In this document: positions 21,282 to 29,426 of the stretch, in pieces | Layout: each line of letters opens with the position of its first letter | Position numbering within the stretch: the first letter of the stretch is position 1 | Notes under the pieces: model-generated | Database searches by the model: none | Told to the model about the DNA's origin: nothing | The model's input: the letters and a program-made list of their open reading frames with translations, nothing else | NCBI GenBank assembly: GCA_045863855.1 | Contig: BTVV01000015.1 | Coordinates: 1-64,000 of the forward strand | Source: Planctomycetota bacterium | GTDB taxonomy: Bacteria; Planctomycetota; SZUA-567; H5-PLA8 | Length of the DNA stretch: 64,000 nucleotides | Direction: 5' to 3' | Program-made: the position numbers and the translations under genes

Positions 21282-21362
21282 GTTTATTTGTTGCCGTGGG
21301 GGTGGGTTGAGTGCGTGCGGTCGGCTGGGCACGGAGCAGCGCCCACGGCGCTTGCGCCGGGG
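21282..21362 (+). repeat. Array repeat A, copy 2
   Basis: tgccgtggg...ttgagtgcgtgcggtcggctgggcacggagcagcgcccacggcgcttgcgccgggg. Confidence 0.9.
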
Positions 21363-21402
21363 TCGCCGCTACTGGCCTGGAAGATAGGAAGCTGCATTTC
21401 CC

Positions 21403-21660
21403 ATGAGCCCGACCAGTCCACAGAGATTCCCACGATGGAGGCGTATGCTGTTCTTCGGCGCCGTACTTTTAGGTTTGCCTGTCACCGGCTGGGCGATTGG
21501 GGAGCGCAGCTACCTGCTGGCGGTTTTTGCCGGCCTCGCTTCCGTTTTGGCTGTTGCGTCCAGTATTTCGTCCAAGCGTTGTCCGAATTGTCGGGAGCGA
21601 TTATTCACCATTAGTTATCCCGCGTCCCATTGTCCGAAGTGCGGAACCTCATATACATGA
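21403..21660 (+). CDS. Small 2-TM protein with C-terminal zinc ribbon
   Basis: Two hydrophobic helices followed by CPNC...CPKC. Confidence 0.7.
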   Translation: MSPTSPQRFPRWRRMLFFGAVLLGLPVTGWAIGERSYLLAVFAGLASVLAVASSISSKRCPNCRERLFTISYPASHCPKCGTSYT

Positions 21661-21727
21661 ATTCGAGTAGTCGTTCAGGACTTGCTTTTGAGGGGTGGCC
21701 TAATTCAAGCGAGGCGGTTCGACGCGT

Positions 21728-22048
21728 ATGATACTTCCATTGTTCCTGTGCCTTGGGTTCGCGTGGACCGTGAGCGACGGGCTGCACGATTCGGATGGCG
21801 CGCTTGCCGTTTACGCTCCTGCCGAATTGCCCGCACGGACGGTTGAGTCCTTTCGATTTATCGGCGCGGCCACCACGCTTAGGGAAGTGACCGCCCGACT
21901 TGGCGCGCCGGATCAGGATAGGGGCAGCGGACTCTTTGTTTCTGTCTATCGGCTGGCGGACGGCAGCGAAGTGCTGATCGGTTCAGCCGATGGCGCGCAG
22001 GTGCTTTACGTGAGGCATGGTCGGGCTGTTTTGTTTGAGCGGCGATGA
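21728..22048 (+). CDS. Small exported hypothetical protein (SmpA/BLIP-like pattern)
   Basis: Signal-like N-terminus. T..EV..RLG.PD...GSG....Y motif. Confidence 0.6.
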   Translation: MILPLFLCLGFAWTVSDGLHDSDGALAVYAPAELPARTVESFRFIGAATTLREVTARLGAPDQDRGSGLFVSVYRLADGSEVLIGSADGAQVLYVRHGRAVLFERR

Positions 22049-22085
22049 GACCGTGGTTTCGCCATGCGGGGGACGGGACGGGCGT

Positions 22086-22162
22086 GAGAGATGGGGCGCG
22101 GCTTTCATGGGGTTGTAAACGCCTGCGGCGCCCCCATCACGGGGTGATGGGGGGCACCCGGG
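22086..22162 (+). repeat. Array repeat B, copy 1
   Basis: gagagatggggcgcggctttcatggggttgtaaacgcctgcggcgcccccatcacggggtgatggggggcacccggg. Confidence 0.92.
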
Positions 22163-22206
22163 AGCCAAACGCAAGATCACGGCCACCCGCCCTTTGGGAG
22201 CGTCCT

Positions 22207-22950
22207 ATGCGTCGAATGATGCACTTCAAGGCAATTACTTGGGTAATTCACTTCCTAATGTGTGGGTCGATTTGCGCTGGCGAAGAATCGCCGGTCCATT
22301 TCGTTGATCCTGTGCTTTTAGAAGCTTTCAAATCCAAAGTGACCAACGAAAAGGAAACAGGGAAGGTCGTCGGAAATATTCATGGACTGCATTATTTATT
22401 AGATTTAGAGATTGCCAATAGACTTAATGCGCTTGACCCAGGTGACGGCGATCATGCCACGGAATTGTCTCTAGTTTTGGGGCTATGCAGTGAAAAGATT
22501 GGGACGCACACCGCAAAGGCGATGATTCGCCATATCAGGCATGTCATGGTGGTTACTACCACATACCCCGCATCCAGCAGAGGACTGCCGGAGGCGTTGA
22601 GGCCTGCCTTTGACTTATTGGTGAAGCATGCATCGCCCGATCTTGTTTGCTTTTCTATCCTTGATTTCATTCATGAAAAGGACGGGCGGGCTATGTTAGA
22701 TGATACGGAGATGTCCATCGTTCTTGGCAGATTGTGGATGAGAGTAAGCGTGCCCAACATGCCGCCTTGGTTTCCGAAAGAAGAAGTTAACTCGGATGAG
22801 ATTCGAAAGCAGTCGCTCGAATTACTCCAAAAACGAAAAGTGTACTATGAATCAAAGGGAAAGGACGAAGCGGAGAATTTAAGGCGCATCACAAAGCTGA
22901 TTGAAGTCGTATTAAGAACGCCGGTAACGGTCATGGATCTTAAGGAGTGA
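22207..22950 (+). CDS. Exported hypothetical protein (AT-richer)
   Basis: GGGAG then ATG22207, signal-like segment, codon usage unlike the backbone. Confidence 0.7.
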   Translation: MRRMMHFKAITWVIHFLMCGSICAGEESPVHFVDPVLLEAFKSKVTNEKETGKVVGNIHGLHYLLDLEIANRLNALDPGDGDHATELSLVLGLCSEKIGTHTAKAMIRHIRHVMVVTTTYPASSRGLPEALRPAFDLLVKHASPDLVCFSILDFIHEKDGRAMLDDTEMSIVLGRLWMRVSVPNMPPWFPKEEVNSDEIRKQSLELLQKRKVYYESKGKDEAENLRRITKLIEVVLRTPVTVMDLKE

Positions 22951-23025
22951 CGAGTGGTGGGTGGCAGTGCGGTTTGCGGTTTACTCGCATAGACGGGAAG
23001 CCAGTGGGAACCCTTTTTAGGGCTA

Positions 23026-23227
23026 CCGTTGCGGTGGGCGATAGGTTGAAAGTTTGAGCGCGTGCGGATGGTTGGGCACGGAGCAGCGCCCACGGCGGTT
23101 GGTCCGCGGCACCCGGCACTCGGCTGGTGCGGTGGAGTGCGATTCGGGCGGGAGAGATGGGGCGCGGCTTTCATGGGGTTGTAAACGCCTGCGGTGCCCC
23201 CATCACGGGGTGATGGGGGCACCCGGG
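23026..23227 (+). repeat. Composite repeat A(3)+linker+B(2)
   Basis: A at about 23026-23097, B at 23152-23227 with a perfect 14-bp stem (23193-23223). A partial A copy follows at 23228-23254. Confidence 0.92.
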
Positions 23228-23447
23228 AGGTTTGAGCGGGTGCGGGCGTGGCACCCGGTTCTGTCCACGCACCCGACTGAGAAGCGTAACCCGGGGGAAT
23301 GAATGAGTGTCTGGTCAAAAACGTTCCCCATCGCCATCCATGCTAGGCGTCCTGAAGTATTTCCCCGTGTTTGCGGTTGTTTTGATTGCAATGGGCCGCT
23401 GCGATCCAGAGACCGGAACCACAAAGTCAAAATCACGGGAGGTCACT

Positions 23448-23885
23448 ATGGATAGTACTTATATTCACCCCAAACTTGGCGAACTTTATCCAGAAGATGT
23501 CGATTGGCAGACCGACAAGGCTACGGTCCCCTTTAGTAATACACCCATCGAGGTTTGCTTCGCCAATGGCTCCAAGGACGGACCTTGGCCGGCCGCATTA
23601 ACAGGTTACGATTGGATTGAATCACACTGGAGTGAAGTGCTCGGATTAATTCAAGATCAAGCGTTTGATTTCTATAGTCCCTATGCAGACGCTGTCGCTG
23701 GCGTACCGGTATTCGCCTCTCCAGAAAAGCTTTGGGGTACCGAGGAGTTACTTTGCGTAAGAGTGTCTACCAAGGACGATTTCGAGGTAACCCTACGATT
23801 TAAATGGCAGGAAAAAGAGGATCCTCATGTGATTACCTTCTACGTCGAAAAGGGGCGATGCGAAACACACTCGGTTGATGGATGA
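23448..23885 (+). CDS. Acidic hypothetical protein, immunity-protein-like
   Basis: GGAGG before ATG23448. HP.LGEL...W N-terminus, W...EDPH C-terminus. AT-richer. Confidence 0.7.
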   Translation: MDSTYIHPKLGELYPEDVDWQTDKATVPFSNTPIEVCFANGSKDGPWPAALTGYDWIESHWSEVLGLIQDQAFDFYSPYADAVAGVPVFASPEKLWGTEELLCVRVSTKDDFEVTLRFKWQEKEDPHVITFYVEKGRCETHSVDG

Positions 23886-23907
23886 AGATGAGCAGGTTGG
23901 TTGAGAC

Positions 23908-24005
23908 CTGTTTAATGAATGGCTAGGCGGTGGATGGTTGGGCGGTGGCTTGAACGCGTGCGGACGGTTGGGCACGGAGCAGCGCCCACGGCGCTTGCGC
24001 CGGGG
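23908..24005 (+). repeat. Array repeat A, copy 4
   Basis: ctgtttaatgaat...ttgaacgcgtgcggacggttgggcacggagcagcgcccacggcgcttgcgccgggg. Confidence 0.9.
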
Positions 24006-24073
24006 CAATGTGAAAATCGGCCATCCGCTCGAACGCTATATCGAGGCTCGTGCGAGGAGGTGAAGGGCGCGCC

Positions 24074-24745
24074 ATGTTCAATCGCATCAGGCAGTTCTTC
24101 GGCGGTTCTAAAAAGGAGCCGCCGCCGACGAATGAGGAATTCGCCCAGCAGGCGGAGGCTTGGTACGAGCGGAAGTCGAAGCTCATGGAGGAGATTCTCG
24201 GGCGCGAGCACGGGATGGTGATGCACGCGATCATCCCGTATGCGGTGGGCGGGGCGCTGGACCTTTACTACTATCCGCACGGGGTTCCCGGGACGGGGAT
24301 CGCGACGAAGGAACTCTCGGAGCTGCCCGGCCAGGGTTCGTCGAACCGCGTCTTTTCGTGCTACGAACTCGCGATGTTCACGCGCCACGCGTTGAACCTG
24401 GATGAAGCCAAGGATGCGTCGACTCCCTTTGGCCGCGCGCACGGAACCATCAATTCGATATTAAATATGATCGCTCGGTACAGCGCCACGGCGTCGTTGA
24501 ACCCGAACGAGACGTGCGAGTTTCCGGCCGAGATGGAGCGCGTGGGCGGGAAGTGCCTGATCTTCGACGCGTACGGCGTTCCGAGGCCCGAGCCGAAACG
24601 CGCCTTTGGCGTGCTGGCTGTGATCGAAGTTTACCGTTCGGAGATGGCGTTTGCGCGCACGGAAGGTGGCGCGGCGCTGCTCCAGCGGCTGAAGGACGCC
24701 GGGCACTATCCGTACTCGGATTTGGACCGGGAGCCGGTGGCGTGA
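24074..24745 (+). CDS. Suppressor-of-fused (SuFu) domain protein
   Basis: GGALDLYYY, IATKELSE, YELAMFT, EMAFAR..G..ALL.RLK...YPYSDLDREPV. Confidence 0.8.
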   Translation: MFNRIRQFFGGSKKEPPPTNEEFAQQAEAWYERKSKLMEEILGREHGMVMHAIIPYAVGGALDLYYYPHGVPGTGIATKELSELPGQGSSNRVFSCYELAMFTRHALNLDEAKDASTPFGRAHGTINSILNMIARYSATASLNPNETCEFPAEMERVGGKCLIFDAYGVPRPEPKRAFGVLAVIEVYRSEMAFARTEGGAALLQRLKDAGHYPYSDLDREPVA

Positions 24746-24789
24746 GGCCGCGTGGAAGGGGTAGGGTGGGCGGTGGGCGGTGGGCGTTA

Positions 24790-24997
24790 GTTTCAAGGAT
24801 GCTGTGGCGGTGGGTGATGGGTTGAAGGTTTAGGCGCGTGCGGTCGGAGAGTCGCGGAGCAGCGCCGACGGCGCTTGCTCTGTGGCAGTCGGCTGATGCG
24901 GTGGGGTGCGATCCGGACGGGAGAGATGGAGCGCGGTTTTCATGGGGTTGTAGACGCCTGCGGCGCCCCCATCACGGGGTGATGGGGGGCACCCGGG
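24790..24997 (+). repeat. Composite repeat A(5)+linker+B(3)
   Basis: Colinear with 23026-23227. Preceded by (GGTGGGC)x3 at 24765-24785. Confidence 0.92.
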
Positions 24998-25021
24998 TAC
25001 CCGGCCTAAGGGCAGTCGTTT

Positions 25022-25546
25022 ATGGGCGAGATTCATCTGGCTTCAAGAGACGGAGATCTGCAGCGGGTCAAAGAAATACTCGAGCATGATCCCGGTCTCA
25101 TCGAATCGCGAAATGAGTACGACTATTCGCCTTTGCATTTAGCCGCAGAACGCGGGCGTACGTCCGTGGTGGAATATCTATTGGACGCAGGAGCAAATGT
25201 GAACTGCATCGATTCCGAGAATTATACGAAGACGCCGCTTTTTTTAGCCGCCGAATGTGGAAGAATTTGCGTCTGCATGATTTTAGTTGCACGCGGCGCC
25301 GATGTTAATTGTCGCGAAGAAACTTATAAAACTACACCCTTACACGAGGCGGCACGGTATGGATTTTTCGATATTGTTGAATTCTTGATTGAGAGCGGCG
25401 CGGACATAAATGCCGTTGACGATGACCATATAAGTACGCCATTGGATTTAGCGGTCGAAAACAGGCGGGAAAAATCTATCGAGGTGCTGCTTAGGAGGGG
25501 TGCCGTAGCGCGCCAGGGCTCTTCGCGCGGCGGTGCGCCGAGTTGA
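25022..25546 (+). CDS. Ankyrin repeat protein
   Basis: SPLHLAA, TPLFLAA, TPLHEAA, TPLDLA with GA.VN linkers. AT-richer. Confidence 0.92.
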   Translation: MGEIHLASRDGDLQRVKEILEHDPGLIESRNEYDYSPLHLAAERGRTSVVEYLLDAGANVNCIDSENYTKTPLFLAAECGRICVCMILVARGADVNCREETYKTTPLHEAARYGFFDIVEFLIESGADINAVDDDHISTPLDLAVENRREKSIEVLLRRGAVARQGSSRGGAPS

Positions 25547-25600
25547 TTCGAGAGGCGCGGGTGGCAAGCGCGTTCGTTATGCTGCGGGGGAGGTAGGCGT

Positions 25601-25706
25601 CTGTTTTATGGATGCCGTGGCGGTAGATGATGGGGTGGAGGATTGAGTGCGTGCAGTCGGCGGGGTACGGAGCAGCGCCCACGACGCTTGCTCTGTGGCA
25701 CTCGGC
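25601..25706 (+). repeat. Array repeat A, copy 6, with start of linker
   Basis: ctgttttatggatgccgtggcgg...ttgagtgcgtgcagtcggcggggtacggagcagcgcccacgacgcttgctctgtggcactcggc. Confidence 0.88.
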
Positions 25707-25839
25707 GCGTGACGCGTTTGGGTTCGGCGACGATCGACTGCCGGCGGCGCCGGCCGACTCAAGCCGGATTGACTTCTGCTCTTGGCGCTTTCGCGCGGCG
25801 GCGTTTCCTCCATACTGTAGGGCAGGCAGGAGGCATCGC

Positions 25840-26403
25840 GTGACGGACGCGCCGGAAGGGAAGTCCAGCTATACGGGCCTGTGGGTTTTCCTGGGCTTGG
25901 CGGGCTATGTCACGGCTTGCGTTGGGGGCATCTACCTCCTCACGGGGGAGATCGTCGCCGAAAGCGGTTTCAAGGCTCTCGTTGCGGGCACGCTCGGAAG
26001 CCTGTTCGCGATCCTTATACTGGGCGCGCTCGCGAGTGCCTTGATTCTGGATCGCTTCAAGAGCGACCCGGCAGGGCGGGCGCGCGCGGCGATGGCATTG
26101 AGCGGCGTGCTGTTGCTCGCGGTGGCGTCCTTCGCCTGGTTCGAATTCCAGCCGCTGGCTGCGCGAAATCCCAGTTCTTTCTACGGCGCTCCCCAAGCCC
26201 GCTACGAAGTCACCTTTGCCTCGGGCGCCCAAGAGATTCGAACCGGCGCGCAGCTCGGCACTGAAGAGTGGAGCTGGTGGGTGGGGTTCTACTTCTCGAT
26301 CCTGTTGGTCGGCGGCGCATCGGGCTTGTGGATGTTCGGTTCCAACCTGCTGGCCAGCTTTCGCATTCCGGAAAGCGCCGGCTCCGTCCCGCCCGATGCG
26401 TAG
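25840..26403 (+). CDS. 4-TM membrane protein
   Basis: AGGAGG before GTG25840, four hydrophobic segments. Confidence 0.7.
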   Translation: MTDAPEGKSSYTGLWVFLGLAGYVTACVGGIYLLTGEIVAESGFKALVAGTLGSLFAILILGALASALILDRFKSDPAGRARAAMALSGVLLLAVASFAWFEFQPLAARNPSSFYGAPQARYEVTFASGAQEIRTGAQLGTEEWSWWVGFYFSILLVGGASGLWMFGSNLLASFRIPESAGSVPPDA

Positions 26404-26535
26404 GCCCTGAGTTCGGCGTAGCTCGCATGCCTCGGTGCACAGGCGAGCCGAGTCCCGCGTAACATGGCTGAATAGGTATTGAACGCGCGCGGCGCTTAGA
26501 TCATGGAATGATGGTTTATTTTCTGGAATGCAATA

Positions 26536-26832
26536 ATGACCATCCAATCTATTATCGTTCCCGTTTTTTCGTGGATCGTTGTGTTAATGCCGCTCTGGCT
26601 TGGTTGGTTTATTGGGAAAAAAGCTTGCATGAAATCGATTAAGAGGCTTTTGCTTCTAGGTCTGATTCCGATCATTATTTCATCCGTTTTTTTGTCGGTG
26701 CATTCCACAGAAGGAGACCCTCACCAGGAGAATGCTTTGGCGGTATTTGTGGTGTTGATTTGGCTCGAAACTACTTTTGTTGCCGCCCACTTTTTCAGAA
26801 CTATGGCAGATCGAAATGCCGTTAAGGATTAA
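26536..26832 (+). CDS. Small 3-TM membrane protein (AT-rich)
   Basis: Three hydrophobic helices in very AT-rich DNA. Confidence 0.65.
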   Translation: MTIQSIIVPVFSWIVVLMPLWLGWFIGKKACMKSIKRLLLLGLIPIIISSVFLSVHSTEGDPHQENALAVFVVLIWLETTFVAAHFFRTMADRNAVKD

Positions 26833-26877
26833 GTGGATTGTTAAGCGGTCTTACTTAAGGCGATTTCGTTTCGGTGC

Positions 26878-26933
26878 GCGCTTCGCGCGGAAAATTTTTT
26901 CACCTCCCCTACCCCTCCTTGGCAAGGAGGGGA
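26878..26933 (+). repeat. REP-like repeat C, copy 1
   Basis: gcgcttcgcgcgg-N10-cacctcccctacccctccttggcaaggagggga. Stem cccctcctt/aaggagggg. Confidence 0.75.
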
Positions 26934-27019
26934 AAGGCTCGGTCAAAAGCAAAATGCAATTGGTGAGACCGCATAGCCGCCGACATGGAGGCTTCGGTCG
27001 GACAGTGCGGTTGTGGCGC

Positions 27020-28348
27020 TTACACGGGCAGGTCGAAGAGATCGCGGGCGAGGCGGAGGATCTCGGGGCGTTGTTCTTTGGGCATGCCGCGGGGAAAGGG
27101 GAGTTTGGGGGTTTCGGCGGCTTCGAGGGCCAGCGGTGCGGCGGCGTTGAGCACGCGGCAGAGCGCCTCGGGGCTGACGGTGCCCAGATGATCGTGCGGG
27201 CTGTGGTGCTGCCAGCGCCCGCCGGGGAAATTGCTGCGGTGGTACCAGACGGCCGGGACGCCGTAGACGGTGAGCGGGAAGTGGTCGCCGAAGGGCGTGA
27301 TCGTCACGTGCGGGCGGACTTCGAGGCCGGCTTGGGCGAGTCGTTCGACGGCCCAGCGCCCGACGGCGGGGGCTCCGGCGATGAGCAGATCGGTATGCCC
27401 CAGGGCGGAGGAGAGGGAATCGAAGTTGAAGAGGAGCGCGTGGGCGTTCATCTCGCGGCGGTGCTTGAGGACGTAATGCTTGGCTCCGACGCTGAGCTGT
27501 TCTTCGGTCCCGAACGAGATGAAGCGCAGTCCGCGGCGGGTGGGCTTCTTGCGCGCGCGCAGCGCGAGCACTCGGGCGAGCGCCAATAGGCTGACCGTAC
27601 CGCTGGCGTTGTCGTCGGCTCCGGGGTTGCCGAGCTGTGTATCGTAGTGGCAGCCGAAAGCGACCATCCCGGCCTTCGGATCGCGCCCGGGCCAGTCGGC
27701 GACGACGTTGTAGCTCACCGCATCGACCACTTCGGTCCGCACGCAGGCGCGCACGCGCTTCACGCCGTCGATGCGCCATTGGTAGGCGCTGCGGTAGGCG
27801 ACGCCGACCGTGGGGCGCGCTCCGTGAAGGCGGACCCATTCGGGCAGGAGCCCGTCGGCCTTGGGCCACTCCATGGGCAGGCGGTCGTCGACCCACAAAA
27901 TCACTTCGGCTCCGCTGCGCACGAGCTTGCGGTGCCCGTCGGTATCGGTGCTGAGGGGGCCGAAGACGAGGAGCGCTTTGCCTTTGAGGCTTCCGGGCTT
28001 GAGGCGTTCTTTCTGATCGGGGAGTTCGAGCCAGACGAGTTCGCGTTCTACGGGGCGGTCGGCGGGCGTGGTGGAGGGGCTTCCGGCGAGGACCGAGCAG
28101 GGGACGCGGACCCAGCGTTTGCCGTGTGGGATTTCGATGCGCGCTTCGGCGCGTTTGAGCATGCGGCAGGGGAAGGCTTCGAGTCGCACGTCGGCGCAGC
28201 CCAGGCGGCGGTACTGTTCGAGGAGGTATTCGGCGGCGCGGTGTTCGGCGGCGCTTCCGGCGCGGCGTTCGCCGATGGCGTTGCAAAGCATTTCCCAATG
28301 CGGGAGCAGATGCTGAGGGCGGATGGGGGGCAGGACGGCACTGGCCAT
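27020..28348 (-). CDS. M28 family peptidase
   Basis: HYDT, GADDNASG, GTEE, GDHFP, HHSPHD. Start taken at MASAVL. Confidence 0.88.
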   Translation of the reverse strand: MASAVLPPIRPQHLLPHWEMLCNAIGERRAGSAAEHRAAEYLLEQYRRLGCADVRLEAFPCRMLKRAEARIEIPHGKRWVRVPCSVLAGSPSTTPADRPVERELVWLELPDQKERLKPGSLKGKALLVFGPLSTDTDGHRKLVRSGAEVILWVDDRLPMEWPKADGLLPEWVRLHGARPTVGVAYRSAYQWRIDGVKRVRACVRTEVVDAVSYNVVADWPGRDPKAGMVAFGCHYDTQLGNPGADDNASGTVSLLALARVLALRARKKPTRRGLRFISFGTEEQLSVGAKHYVLKHRREMNAHALLFNFDSLSSALGHTDLLIAGAPAVGRWAVERLAQAGLEVRPHVTITPFGDHFPLTVYGVPAVWYHRSNFPGGRWQHHSPHDHLGTVSPEALCRVLNAAAPLALEAAETPKLPFPRGMPKEQRPEILRLARDLFDLPV

Positions 28349-28472
28349 GCGAGCGATCCTCGCTAAGAGTAAAGGTTGCAAGCGTGCACGAATCGGAAGC
28401 AGTATACCGCGCCGCCCGGGAGCGGCGCGGCGGATTCGCATGCGAGCCGGGGTTCGAGGGAGGGGGTGGGGC

Positions 28473-29336
28473 ATGGCGAAAAAAGCGAGCCGGGCGCGGG
28501 ACGTGCGCCGCGTGTACCTGATGACCGATCTGGAAGGCTGCGCGGGCGTCGACGACTGGGATCCGCGGCACGCCGATTACGTGAATACCGCGCGCTACGT
28601 GTACGAGCGCGCCGAGATGCAGCGGCTCTTGACCGCCGAAGTGAACGCATGCGTCGAAGGCTGCGTGGACGCGGGCGTGGACGAAGTGATCGTGAACGAC
28701 GCTCACGGAGCGGGCCGGACGATTCTGATCGAGGAGCTGCATCCGAAGGCGCTGCTGTTCCGGGGCAAGATGCGGCCGTATTGGCTGATCGGGCTCGACC
28801 GCTGCGACGCGATCTTTCACGTCGGGATGCACGCGATCTCGGATACGACGGCGGGGACGTTGAGCCACACGATGAGCAAGAGCGTGAAGCATTACCGGGT
28901 CAACGGCCGTCCGGTCAGCGAGTTCGATATCTCGATTCTGATCGCCGGGCACCACGGGATACCGGCACCGTTCTTCAGCGGTGAGCGTTTGGCGTGCCAG
29001 CAGGTGAAGACGCTGGCGCCGGCGACCGTCACGGTGGAGACGAAGGAAGGGTTCAGCGAGCAGTGCGCGATCCACCGGATGCCTGCGGTGGTTTGCGCGG
29101 AGATTCGGGAGCGTTCGGCTCGGGCGGTGGACGAGGCGCGGCAGGGCAAGCACCCGCCGGTGGCGTGGAAGGGGCCGTTTACGCTGGAGATCGAGATGCG
29201 CGAACCCTCGTACCGGCCCGAAGATGCGGGTCCGGGCAAGACGTTTAACCACAGCCGGAGCATGTCATGGCGCGCGGCTGACATGGTCTCGGTCTTTAAC
29301 TATGCGGTGTACGGGAAGCGTCCGAAAGCGCGCTGA
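28473..29336 (+). CDS. M55 family D-aminopeptidase (DppA-like)
   Basis: TDLEG, VNDAHG, VGMHA, LSHT, VETKEG. Confidence 0.88.
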   Translation: MAKKASRARDVRRVYLMTDLEGCAGVDDWDPRHADYVNTARYVYERAEMQRLLTAEVNACVEGCVDAGVDEVIVNDAHGAGRTILIEELHPKALLFRGKMRPYWLIGLDRCDAIFHVGMHAISDTTAGTLSHTMSKSVKHYRVNGRPVSEFDISILIAGHHGIPAPFFSGERLACQQVKTLAPATVTVETKEGFSEQCAIHRMPAVVCAEIRERSARAVDEARQGKHPPVAWKGPFTLEIEMREPSYRPEDAGPGKTFNHSRSMSWRAADMVSVFNYAVYGKRPKAR

Positions 29337-29426
29337 AATGCTTCAACAGGGGGTGGGCGGGTGTTTAGTGGTGTATATGTCGCTAGATGTCTAAACCTCG
29401 TTGGGTGGATTTTGGGAGGTGGGCTC

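Noticed and set aside
18770..25706. CRISPR array
   Set aside because: Repeats are long and degenerate, separated by whole genes, with no cas genes.
21243..25839. ORFs reading through the repeats (GHGAAPTALA and RDGARLSWGCKRLRRPHHG peptides; long N-termini of 22045 and 25627)
   Set aside because: Copies differ by non-triplet indels and are not consistently in frame with downstream genes. SD-supported starts lie after the repeats.
18770..26497. Repeats A/B as integron attC sites
   Set aside because: No RYYYAAC...GTTRRRY boundaries after the stop codons, and no intI in the window.
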